Under the pieces are notes generated by a model. The model was not told where the DNA came from, ran no database searches, and saw only the letters and a program-made list of their open reading frames with translations. DNA of 20,000 bases from Spirogloea muscicola (Eukaryota). Positions within the stretch are counted from its first letter, which is position 1. Each line of letters opens with the position of its first letter. Positions 10,761-19,820 of the stretch are shown in pieces. The stretch lies in contig WELB01000002.1 of NCBI GenBank assembly GCA_009602725.1, forward strand, positions 110,483 to 130,482, written 5' to 3'. The position numbers and the translations under genes were made by a program.

Positions 10761-10875
10761 GGACACGACATGTCGCGTGCATGTGCGTACGAAGCCCCAA
10801 GCCTCGGACCGTACTTAGCTACACGGGGTGCACAAGCACCGTTTGGGACTAGCAAACGGTAGATACGAAACATCA

Positions 10876-10914
10876 TGTAAGGTTACCGGCCTCTTAAACG
10901 GAGGGATCATTACA
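10876..10914 (-). repeat. 39-bp TGTAA...TTACA terminal unit (internally deleted mini-LTR-like copy 3)
   Basis: Aligns to both ends of 7491-7540 with an ~11-bp gap and is preceded by the same TCA. Confidence 0.55.
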
Positions 10915-10929
10915 GGTCAATTCTAGTCC

Positions 10930-11200
10930 AAGTACGCGGACCGTCCGGAAGGGACTGCGTTTGTTCTGCCGGCCATCGATGGCACGGGGCTTTAGAATGT
11001 AAGCCCAGTGAGAGACCTGTGCATCCTGCTTGCGCGCCGTGCTGTGTCCCGCAGATAGGACAAGCAGGCGGAACTCAGCGCTGCTGGTCCTTTGCGGTGT
11101 TTCACATGCGCCTGTCTAAACAAAGGAGGGGTACCTCCTTTGGTCGATGGCCCACGCCTTGCATGTGCCTGCTGGCTGTGCTTTAGCTGCTTCTATGGCA
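10930..11200 (+). mobile_element. Decayed CRE-like RLE fragment, copy I
   Basis: KYADRPEGTAFVLPAID..HGAL..LLARRAVSRR..MRLS..RSMAHALHVPAGCALAAS, with frameshifts and stops. Confidence 0.65.
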
Positions 11201-11252
11201 AGGATGGAACCCAACCACCGCTTCACGCGGTGGGTGGTTTCAAGACTCTGCC

Positions 11253-11302
11253 TGTAATGAAACAGCTGTCTGATTAAGCCACAAGGCTCTGTTGGCATTA
11301 CA
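11253..11302 (+). repeat. 50-bp TGTAATG...CATTACA terminal unit (putative mini-LTR), copy 2
   Basis: 7-bp TIR; same length as, and 37/50 identical to, the reverse complement of 7491-7540; followed by TGACCG in both copies. Confidence 0.7.
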
Positions 11303-11473
11303 TGACCGACTATTTGGGCCAGGTGACCCGCCAGCTGGCTGGCCGGGAAGTGGCCCGCCCGGGTGCGGGTCCCGCCCGTCCCGAATTAGCCTTCGCCAAG
11401 GTCCGCCCTTTCGAGGGAGGACCTTTGGCCTGCCGCAAGGCGGGCCTTGGGGCGCACCTGCTCACACCCCTGG

Positions 11474-13143
11474 AGAAGTGGCACTCCCAATGGGGGCAAG
11501 GGCTGCGAAAAGCCAGCCCAAAAAGAATTCACAAAGGTTCAGAGGGGCCTAAGAGCGGTGAGCAGCTACAAAGGGGCCTGAGGATGCAATGGTAAAACAG
11601 GGGGAGGATGGATCACTCAATAAGTACGAGTGAGGAGCCTCAGATCCGACAGACTAGCTGCCGGGAAGCTATCACCCTGACGAAAGCCAGAGCCCGCAGC
11701 GAGAGCACGGCCAGCTCGCAGATGCAGAGCGTGGGCCATGGACCGCTGCAGGGATACAGAGAGGCGCATCCGATATACCTGAGCCCACGAGCCCGCGGCG
11801 TTGAAGTCGGCTGGCTCGCCGCGTCTGCGGGACACAGCCCGCCGCGCAAGCCTAGCCAATAGGTCAAGCCACTGGGACCCAAGAGCCCCGTGCACGTCCA
11901 CCGCCAAGGGGACGAACTCGTCGGCAGGTGGGTGGTCGGAGTGCTTGGCCGCCTTGCAGCGAGCGGCCTTCGAGGCAGCGTGGCCGGCCCGCGAGGCAGA
12001 GAGCCCCAGGTTGGAGCGGTCGACCACATCGGTGGTGACTACATCGGCTATGATCCGCGCGCCACCTCCCGGCGTGGACGCCACCAGGTCCACACGACGC
12101 GTATGGTGTCCGTCAGCCCTCTCGAGGATGGGCATGACCGAGGCGTTCTCCATCGCCACCGTGTAGCCCGCCTCCTGAAAGATCCCGAACATAGCATCAC
12201 GCAAGAGGTCGTGCGCAGCTGTTCGTTCGCCTCCAGTGGCGCAGCGGAGGAGATGCGCCGCCAGCTCCGCCGGGTCCGTCGACCGCTCCCCACATTCGCA
12301 CTGCAGCACGCCCAGCAGGCAGGGCGGGGGGAGGCCCAGCAGGCGATGCGTGGCCGTGCGGAACAGCTCGTCCGGCAGCCTGAGCGCATCATACAGTGGG
12401 AGCGCAGAGAGCCAGGCTGCCGCGCCGGGGGAGGCGGCCGACAGCAGCCGAGCACGGCCGCGCACGTCGCCTGCGGGGAGGAGCTGCAGCGTGTCCGTGA
12501 ACGTCGCCTTGTCCACAGCAGCCATGTATCGCGCCTGCGCCTGCGAGTCGGAGGTGTGGGCGAGGTGAGCGAAGGGGACCACGCTCTCTGCAAGGGCCGG
12601 ATGCTCCGCGCTTAACCCGTCCTGGGCTGAGCGGAGGGCCTCCTGGAAAGGCAGCGAGCCAGTCGCCACCTCCTCCACAACCTGCTGCAGCAGGGGCCGC
12701 CCATCATGGAGGAAGCGCTGCGCCACCGACGTGGCGACCTGTGCCCAACTGCCGAGGAATGCTGGCCTGCAGACGCGCGCGAGCGAGCGGCAGCCGAGGC
12801 CGCCCTGGCCAGGGGGCAGTGTGGCCTGGAGCGTAGCGGCTGACGAGGCAAGGAAGCCATCGTGGCGGATGAGGGCCGCCGCGCCCTCCATGACCCCCGT
12901 GTCGAATGTGGTGTAGGCCGCCAGCACCGCGGGGCAGGGAGGGGTCGTCCGCGCCAAGTAGTGAGGACGCTGCACAATGCATCGATTGAGCATGGCAAGC
13001 GCCAGCTGCATGTCCTGCAGCTCGGGGAGGCGGGCCACTGGCTGGAGGTGCTGGAGAGAAAGAAGTGGCACTCCCAATGGGGGCAAGGGCTGCGAAAAGC
13101 CAGCCCAAAAAGAATGCACAAAGGTTCAGAGGGGCCTAAGAGC
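11474..13143 (-). mobile_element. 5'-truncated CRE-like copy J with an 83-bp terminal direct repeat of its 3' end
   Basis: ORF 13056-11617 and UTR to 11474; 11474-11556 and 13061-13143 differ at one base. Confidence 0.9.
11617..13056 (-). CDS. Partial CRE-like protein (post-RT linker, CCHC finger, restriction-like endonuclease)
   Basis: Uninterrupted frame collinear with 5706-7291: HYLART, QATLPPGQGGLG, CECG..HLLRC, RTAAHDLLRD, RRVDL..IADV..KAAKH. The RT core is missing. Confidence 0.85.
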   Translation of the reverse strand, partial: LQHLQPVARLPELQDMQLALAMLNRCIVQRPHYLARTTPPCPAVLAAYTTFDTGVMEGAAALIRHDGFLASSAATLQATLPPGQGGLGCRSLARVCRPAFLGSWAQVATSVAQRFLHDGRPLLQQVVEEVATGSLPFQEALRSAQDGLSAEHPALAESVVPFAHLAHTSDSQAQARYMAAVDKATFTDTLQLLPAGDVRGRARLLSAASPGAAAWLSALPLYDALRLPDELFRTATHRLLGLPPPCLLGVLQCECGERSTDPAELAAHLLRCATGGERTAAHDLLRDAMFGIFQEAGYTVAMENASVMPILERADGHHTRRVDLVASTPGGGARIIADVVTTDVVDRSNLGLSASRAGHAASKAARCKAAKHSDHPPADEFVPLAVDVHGALGSQWLDLLARLARRAVSRRRGEPADFNAAGSWAQVYRMRLSVSLQRSMAHALHLRAGRALAAGSGFRQGDSFPAASLSDLRLLTRTY

Positions 13144-13198
13144 AGAGGGGGGGTGGCACGGGGAAGCACCAAGGAGCCTCAGGGGCAGAGGCTCATGA

Positions 13199-14880
13199 AT
13201 GAGTTCGAGCCGAGGAAGCCCAGGAGCAGCCTTGCCGCTGCTCGCCGCCGCAGCCGCCGCCGCACTGCGCTGCGGGGCCTGCTGCGCCGGCCTGCGCCCA
13301 GGAGGTGGAGTCGCCGTCAAGGCGGTGCCACAGGGCCTGTCTTCCGCTGCGCTATGCGCTAGTGCTTCCTTGTGTAGTGGGTTGGCCCCCAAACCCCCTA
13401 TGCTCGAATACAATAAGGACTCTCTCCCTCTAACTGCGTGTTCAGGGCGAGATTCACTACACTGCCGGAGTTCCTGGACGGGCACGCTCTATGGTACTAC
13501 CGTTCGGTCATGAAGGAGATTCTGGCCGCCAAGGAGGAGGTGCCGGCTGGTGGGAGGCCAGCCAGCGGTGAGGATTATGGTGCAGCGGCTGAGGCGCTCA
13601 TCGCGGGTCTGTCAGCGGCGGCGGAGGGGGCGCTGGGGGCGGGGACGACGGCCCAGCGGGAGCGCGTGCTGTCGGACCCTATCCAGCACTTCTTGCACCT
13701 GCTTAGCCTGCAATTTAAGACCGACTCCGCTGCCAAGGTGGCAGAGTTGGTCAACTTCCAGCGCCTGCCAGGGGGAGGATGTGATGGTCATGGCACAGCG
13801 CCTCAAGCAGCTGCGTCGTGACACGGGCAGGTTGACAGAGGTCGATGCGGCTCACAAGTTCTTGGAGGCCCTTGGAGGAGGCAGAAAAGGAGCGTGGTTG
13901 GAGCAACAGGTCTTCGCGGCCCACCGCCATACCTTCACCATTGACCAGGTGGCGGATCTCGCCGATGATGTTGAGCGCCACTTCGCAGAGAAGGCGGTGG
14001 AGGTGGCGGCTCCAGTCAAGGGTAAAGGGAGGCCGGCTGCTCAGCCGCGGCCCTGGTCCGGAACTCAGCCGAGACAGTGGCGGGTGCCCAGCAAGCAGGG
14101 CATGGCGGCGGCGGCGGCAGTACCAGCCGGGCCGGCTGGGGCCGGTCTCTCCTACACGTGCAATCAGCCCGGGCACCCAAGAGGGATTGCCCACGGGGGG
14201 CTGGCATGCGGTGCACCCATTGCGGTAAGGCAGGTCATGGGGCGCAGACTTGTTGGACGCTGCATCCAGAGCAGCGGCCGGCGCAGCGGCAGGCTCACGC
14301 GGCGTCCCGGGCAGCCAGGAGCGCAGCCGCGTCGTCAGCCGTTGCACAGGCCAGCGCGTCCACCAAATTGGAGCTGCTCAAGGCGCAGTTCGCGCAGATG
14401 AAAGCTACAATGGAAGCCACTGCCACGGCAGCGCAGGCGGAGCAGCGACGACGAGAGGAAGAAGAGGCAGAGCATCGCCTTCGCTACGGAATGGGTGTAG
14501 AGATGGTAGATGCAGCGATGGCGGGGCCGCATGGGCGTGGTAGCCGCCAGCCGCCAGGGGTTGCAGATCGCTTGGCGGGTAGAGAGCACGGCCGCCGTGA
14601 GGAGCAGGGCGGGCGTTACCCATTGTCGTTTGCGCGGCTGCCGGCGGTGACTGCAGACGGGCCAGCGGCGGTCGGAGAGGGCGCGGGGCAAGTCTCCGCG
14701 TGGCAGCTAGCGGCCGCACTTATGAGCACGCCCTTGCTGTCCTTGGCAAGCGTGGGCTGCTCAGAGTCGGTGCTGAGGAAGGCGCTGCAGCAGCACCTTC
14801 CTGACGGGCTGGAGGGCGACGTGGCGGGCTCGAGTGAACCGCTCAAGGCCGCCGGGGGGGCAAATTCCACGGTTTGGTGA
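13199..14880 (+). pseudogene. gag: Retrotransposon gag (frameshifted) with two zinc knuckles
   Basis: Capsid-like segment (ELVNFQRLPG/EDVMVMAQRLKQLRR..HKFLEAL), then SYTCNQPGHP/KRDC (degenerate first knuckle) and CTHCGKAGHGAQTC (intact CX2CX4HX4C). Several frameshifts. Confidence 0.75.
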
Positions 14881-15222
14881 CTTCTCTGCCACATTCTTTG
14901 CAGGTCTGCTCATCTGGTAGTGAGGCCATGCAGGGCAGGCTGCTGCTGGCCAAGCAGAGTCCTGGCCTGTAGGCGGAGCTTTAGGTGTGGCACTTCGACG
15001 CATTGTGAGCGCTATACGGGCAGGCACGACAGCGGTCTGAGCCCTTGTGGCACACAAGACAGGCGCCACAGCAGCCCCTACATATTGCGGCATTGTCACA
15101 TCCAGGGTGGTACACCCACTGGATTGGAATAGTACGGTACTACTAGCTCACCAAGCTTGACGCCTGCTCTTTGCTGTTGTGTGCAAACAAACGGTCGACT
15201 GGCTATGGCCTGTTACTACCGT

Positions 15223-15660
15223 TGTAACGTCCCCACCGTTACGTGACGTATAAACCTTGGGTATATGCTAACGCGTAGTAACGGCACGCGGCCCCAGCAT
15301 CGTTGGCGTGCGACACGTGGGCGACGCGCGTCAGTGACGCGCGGCGCGCCGCGGCTCGCCGGAGCTGCCGCCGCATGGCCGCCGGGCCGCCTGGCCGCAT
15401 GGCCGCTGGCCGACAAAGGCTTTTGGTGGCAAGGCGACGCTATTGTGGTCCCGGACTGCAATGCCTTGCGCACTGACATGATGCAGGAGCTGCATGATAC
15501 GCCTTGCAGTGGTCATCTAGGAGTGAGCAAAACCAAATAGGCTGTGCGACGCCTCTTTTGGTCCAGGTGCGCGCTTTTGTGGCAAGCTGTGTTACATGCC
15601 AGCGTAGTGAGGCAATCTCAGGCAAAGCTGCCGGATTACTTCAGCCCTTACAGTTTATTG
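15223..15660 (+). mobile_element. Gypsy fragment: LTR 5' part joined to the integrase HHCC region
   Basis: TGTAACGTCCCCACCGTTACGTGACG resembles the LTR start at 17302 (minus). About 15410-15652 encodes KGFWWQGDAIVVPDCNALR..ELHDTPCSGHLGVSKT..FVASCVTCQR..AGLLQPL, paralogous to about 18700-18440. Confidence 0.75.
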
Positions 15661-16580
15661 GTAAAGTCACCGCCCTAGGCGGTGCCTCAGGGTAAGACTT
15701 CGTTGCGCTCTGTGCGCGTAGATGCGTTGGCATTCTCTTGTATGAGGGTTGTCTCCAAAACACCCTATGACCGAACTCAAACAGGAGATTCTGACCCTAA
15801 CTGTAACGAATTTACATGGCTGGAATGTCAATGCAGAAGAAATGTATTGACAGATGCCTGGAGACTAGACACCTCATCCGGCTGACAGATTATTAATTGA
15901 CTGTCAGTGCCGCAGGAAAGGCTTGACAGATGCCTGGAGACGGACATTTCAACAGGCAGGGAAGGTTGGATTCAACCTTGAGCTGAGAGCGGCGCAACCC
16001 GGAGTCGTGACGCGCGGAACAGCATGGTGCTGGCGCTGGAACGGCGACGGGAGGCGGCAGCGCTGCAGACTGCCTAGACGGCGTCGTAAGCCGTTAGTGT
16101 TGACGGGAACGATATACGGCTCACAATAGCCCGAGAGTAGTTGACCGTCAGCTGCTAATGACGGGGTATTGACGGGGGATCGTCAGTATGGCAGTGGTGG
16201 CAGATGGATGGGTAGATTGTCAGTGGTAGCCCGTTGATGGCCGTCGACAGGTCGTGGACGGGTCGGGTCGTCAACGAGAGACTGGTTGCTACTTATTACA
16301 CCCGGGCCCGTATGGCCGGGCTCGCTGTCCGTCGGGCTATCAAGGGCGAATCCGAGAAGGGAAAGGGGGTGAGCTCTTCACCCAGCCTTGGACCCCTGGA
16401 CCCTTGGCCCTGCAGTGACCGTTGCTCACTTTTACCGTTGCAGCCCCATTCAAATGCCTCCCCGCTTTTCCCTGCTCCGCTGGCAGCGCGGGCTTGGCGA
16501 TCCACAGCATTCGTTACATTAACTGTATGATAAGGGACAGGGATGTTATAGAACAGCCGACAGATATTAAGATGCAGACG
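15661..16580 (+). mobile_element. Gag-element fragment 4 (gag N-terminal part) interrupted by a solo LTR
   Basis: 15661-15801 aligns with the reverse complement of about 8754-8602 (GTA.AGTCACC..GGCGGTGCCT.AGGGTA.GACTTC..TTCTGACCC); the match continues weakly after 16523. Confidence 0.6.
15802..16518 (+). mobile_element. Solo LTR (717 bp)
   Basis: 10-bp TIR TGTAACGAAT...ATTCGTTACA; flanks CTAAC/TTAAC (4/5 TSD); internal 19-bp direct repeat at 15847-15865 and 15923-15941; homologous to 9109-9805. Confidence 0.85.
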
Positions 16581-16589
16581 GCTGCTGCC

Positions 16590-16920
16590 TATACCAAGCC
16601 TAATAAAAGACCACCCTTGGCCAGGTACCCTGATAGCATCTGGACAATCTGCCAAATTGCCGCAAGCTCCCACGTCTTGTGCTCAGGCCCATACCCGAGC
16701 CACTTCACCAAATACTCACGGGTCTTACGCCCTCGGAGCTTGTCCCTGTGAGACAAAATCATCTTCCACCTCAAACTCAAGATCATCCACGATGACTAGT
16801 GGAGGTGGGGCGGTTGGACACGACCATCCGAAAGGAGGCCCTCAGCTGAGACACATGCAAGACGTAATGGACCTTCCAATGCAAGGGTGTCTTCAGCTCG
16901 TAGGACACCTTGACCACAAG
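16590..16920 (-). pseudogene. Gypsy integrase C-terminus / chromodomain fragment
   Basis: VSYELKTPLHWKVHYVLHVSQL..ILSHRDKLRGRKTREYLVKWLGYGPEHKTWE; paralogous to about 17710-17400. Confidence 0.8.
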
Positions 16921-17313
16921 GCNGCCTGCGGCGCCGCCGAGCGGCGCCCTGCGGCGCCGGCTTGCGGCGCCGCCAGTGCGTCACGGGTGTGGCGCGGCGT
17001 CACGGGCGCGCCACACGTGTCACATACACGTCATTACGAGTGTGTCGGCAGATACCAGAATTTGCCGAGGAGCTTCCTCTCCGGAAGTCCAGGATTCGCC
17101 ACCTCTGCTGGAGGCGGCGCGCCTGCACAACACATCGTCAGCAGGCGCGTCACACCGCGCGACACCTCACGCGGGTCGCTCGCGCGTAACACGCGCGTCG
17201 CACGCCGCACGCGCGTCGCACGCGTCAGGCACGTGCGCGTCAGTGCTTACACGATAGCGCTGAACTCGGAGTTCAGCGTCCCGTAACGGCCGGGACGCTA
17301 CATTCCTCCCCAC
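16921..17313 (-). mobile_element. Polypurine tract and truncated 3' LTR of the chromovirus
   Basis: On the minus strand GTGGGGAGGAA (17313-17303) is directly followed by TGTAGCGTCCC (from 17302). CpG-rich LTR-like sequence runs to about 16921, where an N occurs at 16923. Confidence 0.7.
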
Positions 17314-17336
17314 TTAGATGTGCACGTCCTCGGGAA

Positions 17337-19820
17337 CTAGGACACGACACCAACGAACCCGAAGAGCTTAAATTCGACGGGGGCGTGTGGTACTACGACG
17401 CAAAGGGAAATGCCCTTTGGCAAGGTACTTACGGAGAACGGCGCGACAATGGGCAAGATTGCCGCCGGTTCCCACGTATTGTGCTCAGGTCCATAACCGA
17501 GCCACTCGACAAAATACTTTCGGGACTTACGTCGCCCACAGAGTTTGTCGCGGTGAGACAAGATCTCCTCCACCATACTCCTCATTCCCAACGACGAGGG
17601 GAGGTGGGGGCGGTTGGACACGACCATCCGAATGGAATGGTTCGAGCTGGGACACATGGAATACTTTGTGGAATTTCCATTGAACCGGTGTATCCAGCTT
17701 ATAAGCGACCGGACCGACGCGGCGCATTACACGAAAGGGTCCAACCCACTGTGGCAGCAACTTGGGAGTACCGACAGCCCGCAAGGAGGGGTGCTGTGTG
17801 CTGAAGAGCGCTTGAGCACCAGTGTCGAAGGATATATTTCGACGACTTCGATCAGCATACTCCTTTTGCCGTTGCTAGGCAATCTTTAAGCATTGCCTAA
17901 TCCTCCGCTGAGCTTCCAGGAGGTTACTGGTAAAAGGGTTACAGCGGCCGGCACGTGTTCCGGCCTCCCCACTTGTAAAGGTATTCGGGGATGCTGATCG
18001 TAGTTGAGGAAGACTTGGGTGGATTCATGGAAGGCATTGCTTGCTGAAGCAAGATACTCATCCCAGCTACTTCGGCTGGGGTTTACACAAAGTGCCTTAT
18101 CATGTCCGACAAGAACCAATCCACCAATTCCGTCTGACCATCTGTTTGAGAGTGGAAAGACGTGGACATGGATTGCTGGGTGCCAATCAGCCTGCACACT
18201 TCTTTCCAGAAGTGCCCCGTAAAGCGAGGGTCGCCATCAGACACGATTCGCTTGGGAACTCCGTGCAGTTTCCATACTCGATCCACGAACGGAACAGCAA
18301 AATCATTGGCTTTGTGGTCGTAGGCACAAAATGCGCCATTTTACTCAAACGATCCACAAATACGACGATGGCGTCACAGCCGTTCCGCGTCGTCGGCAAC
18401 TGGGTGATGAATCCAAATCAGACCAGTTCCTCGAAGGAATCTCCAACGGGTGGAGTGGTACGGCAGGCTTATGAGAGCGTGCTTTAGTGCGCTGGCAGGT
18501 GGCACATGTTTTCACAAAAGACTTTGCTTGGACTTTTAAGTCTAGCCACCAAAAGAGAAGCCGGACAGTTTTCTTTGTCTTTCCCATACCCAAATGACCA
18601 CTGTACGGAGGCTCATGCAGTTCTTGCAAGATACTGCTGCGCAAGGCATTGCAGTCAGGGACTACAATGGCGTCACCTCGCCATAGAAAGCCTTGGTCAT
18701 TTACTAATGTGCGTGTATTGGTTTCATCTGCAAACCATGGGTTTGTGCCATACCCATCACGGAAACGCACATACAGCTCAGAGAGGTTGGCGGTAGACTG
18801 CCGAGCAGCTCCACGAGTAGGCCGCACGTCTGCGGTCTGAACCCTTGAAGCGTGCAAGACAGCCGCCACAGCAGCCTCTGAATGTTACGGCTCACCGAAT
18901 CCGCAACATTTATACTTCCAGAGCGGTACAATCACTGGAAACGAAATGTGGCCATGCACTTAGCTCAGGGTGCTTGACGCCTGCTCGATTGCCGTTGTGT
19001 GTGACAGTAGGTCAACGGGCAATGACCCGGTACAACCGTACATGCAACACCCACGAGAATGCAGCGCCACAAAAGTATGGCGAGCACAACAGCAAGGAGC
19101 TCTTGCTCTCCCGTAGCGAAGTTACGCTCTGCAGGACAAGGCAGGCTACCTTCAAATGCTACAGGGTGACCCTCCTGCAAGAGAACGGCACGAGTGCCGA
19201 TCAAATAGGCGTCACTACTGGAATGGCTAGCCTTCTCGAGGCAAGGCCAAAACGGGTGGATATACCAGGACCCGTTTTCAAACCTCAAATGCGCTCTGGC
19301 ATTTGGACGTCCACACCCAGCTGACGTCCTTACGAGTGAGCTTCGTAAGAGGAGATGCCATACTTCCGGATTGTTACAGAAACATACGGAAGGGGTTTGC
19401 GAATTCCAAGAAGGAACGCGACTGTGGTACATTCCGTGGCACATTGACGATTACAGTCCTTTATTACTTTGTGGGGTTGACGCGAAACCGTCTTTGCCCT
19501 ATAAAGGTTCCGGCTGGTATACACATATTTCGGCATACGGTTTGCACTCAGCAATTGCAGGACATGCTGCAGGTGCGGTGCGTAAACCTCAGGCGTTTTA
19601 CAGAACACCAGTCTGCCTTTTACTCGAACCAGCACAGAGTCACACCTTAGGGGGCCAAAGACCTCATCATCACAACCTGACACGTGGCAAGTGCTCTTGG
19701 TGAAACCAAAGCCGAGCATCTTGCAGCAGAAGTAGCCGAGCTGCCTACAACAAGCCAAACGGGACTTCCTCAGGTGTGAGACGAAAATGGTCATCACCAC
19801 TTTGCAAAGCGGGGGGAGCT
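17337..19820 (-). pseudogene. pol: Decayed Ty3/Gypsy chromovirus pol (RT, RNase H, integrase, chromodomain)
   Basis: Domains in Gypsy order: RT (LVFCKTPEVYAPHLQHVLQLL), RNase H (AVLLQEGHPVAFE..PAERNFATGEQELLAVV), integrase HHCC (ELHEPPYSGHLG..CATCQ), core (IVVFVDRLSKMAHFVP; LHGVPKRIVSDGDPRF..QTDGQTE), GPF module (WVGPFRV..VFHVSQL), chromodomain (VEEILSHR..YFVEWLGYGPEHNTWEP). Many stops and frameshifts. Confidence 0.92.

Larger units (their letters stand above)
8470..10914 (-). mobile_element. Gag-element copy 3, more diverged and carrying several nested insertions
   Basis: 8690-8752 matches 5333-5395; 8971-8995 matches the leader motif; 10159-10177 and 10389-10440 continue the leader; 10876-10914 is a terminal unit; about 8530-8475 encodes SARSTKVP..LDGH (cf. 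RARFTTLPEFLDGH). Confidence 0.65.
11253..14880 (+). mobile_element. Gag-element copy 2 (50-bp terminal unit, leader, gag), split by CRE-like copy J
   Basis: Terminal unit 11253-11302; leader 11303-11475 plus 13145-13198; gag 13199-14880. No pol or second terminal unit found downstream. Confidence 0.75.

Noticed and set aside
13057..13119. N-terminus of the 500-aa ORF
   Set aside because: It derives from the duplicated 3' UTR, not from coding sequence.
5729..14894. Numerous overlapping antisense or alternative-frame ORFs of 100-280 aa
   Set aside because: They are expected shadows of GC-rich retroelement coding sequence with no independent motifs. The exceptions are the frameshifted gag pieces already annotated.
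16915..16930. LTR-to-chromodomain junction as a biological rearrangement
   Set aside because: An ambiguous base (N at 16923) lies at the junction, so an assembly join cannot be excluded.
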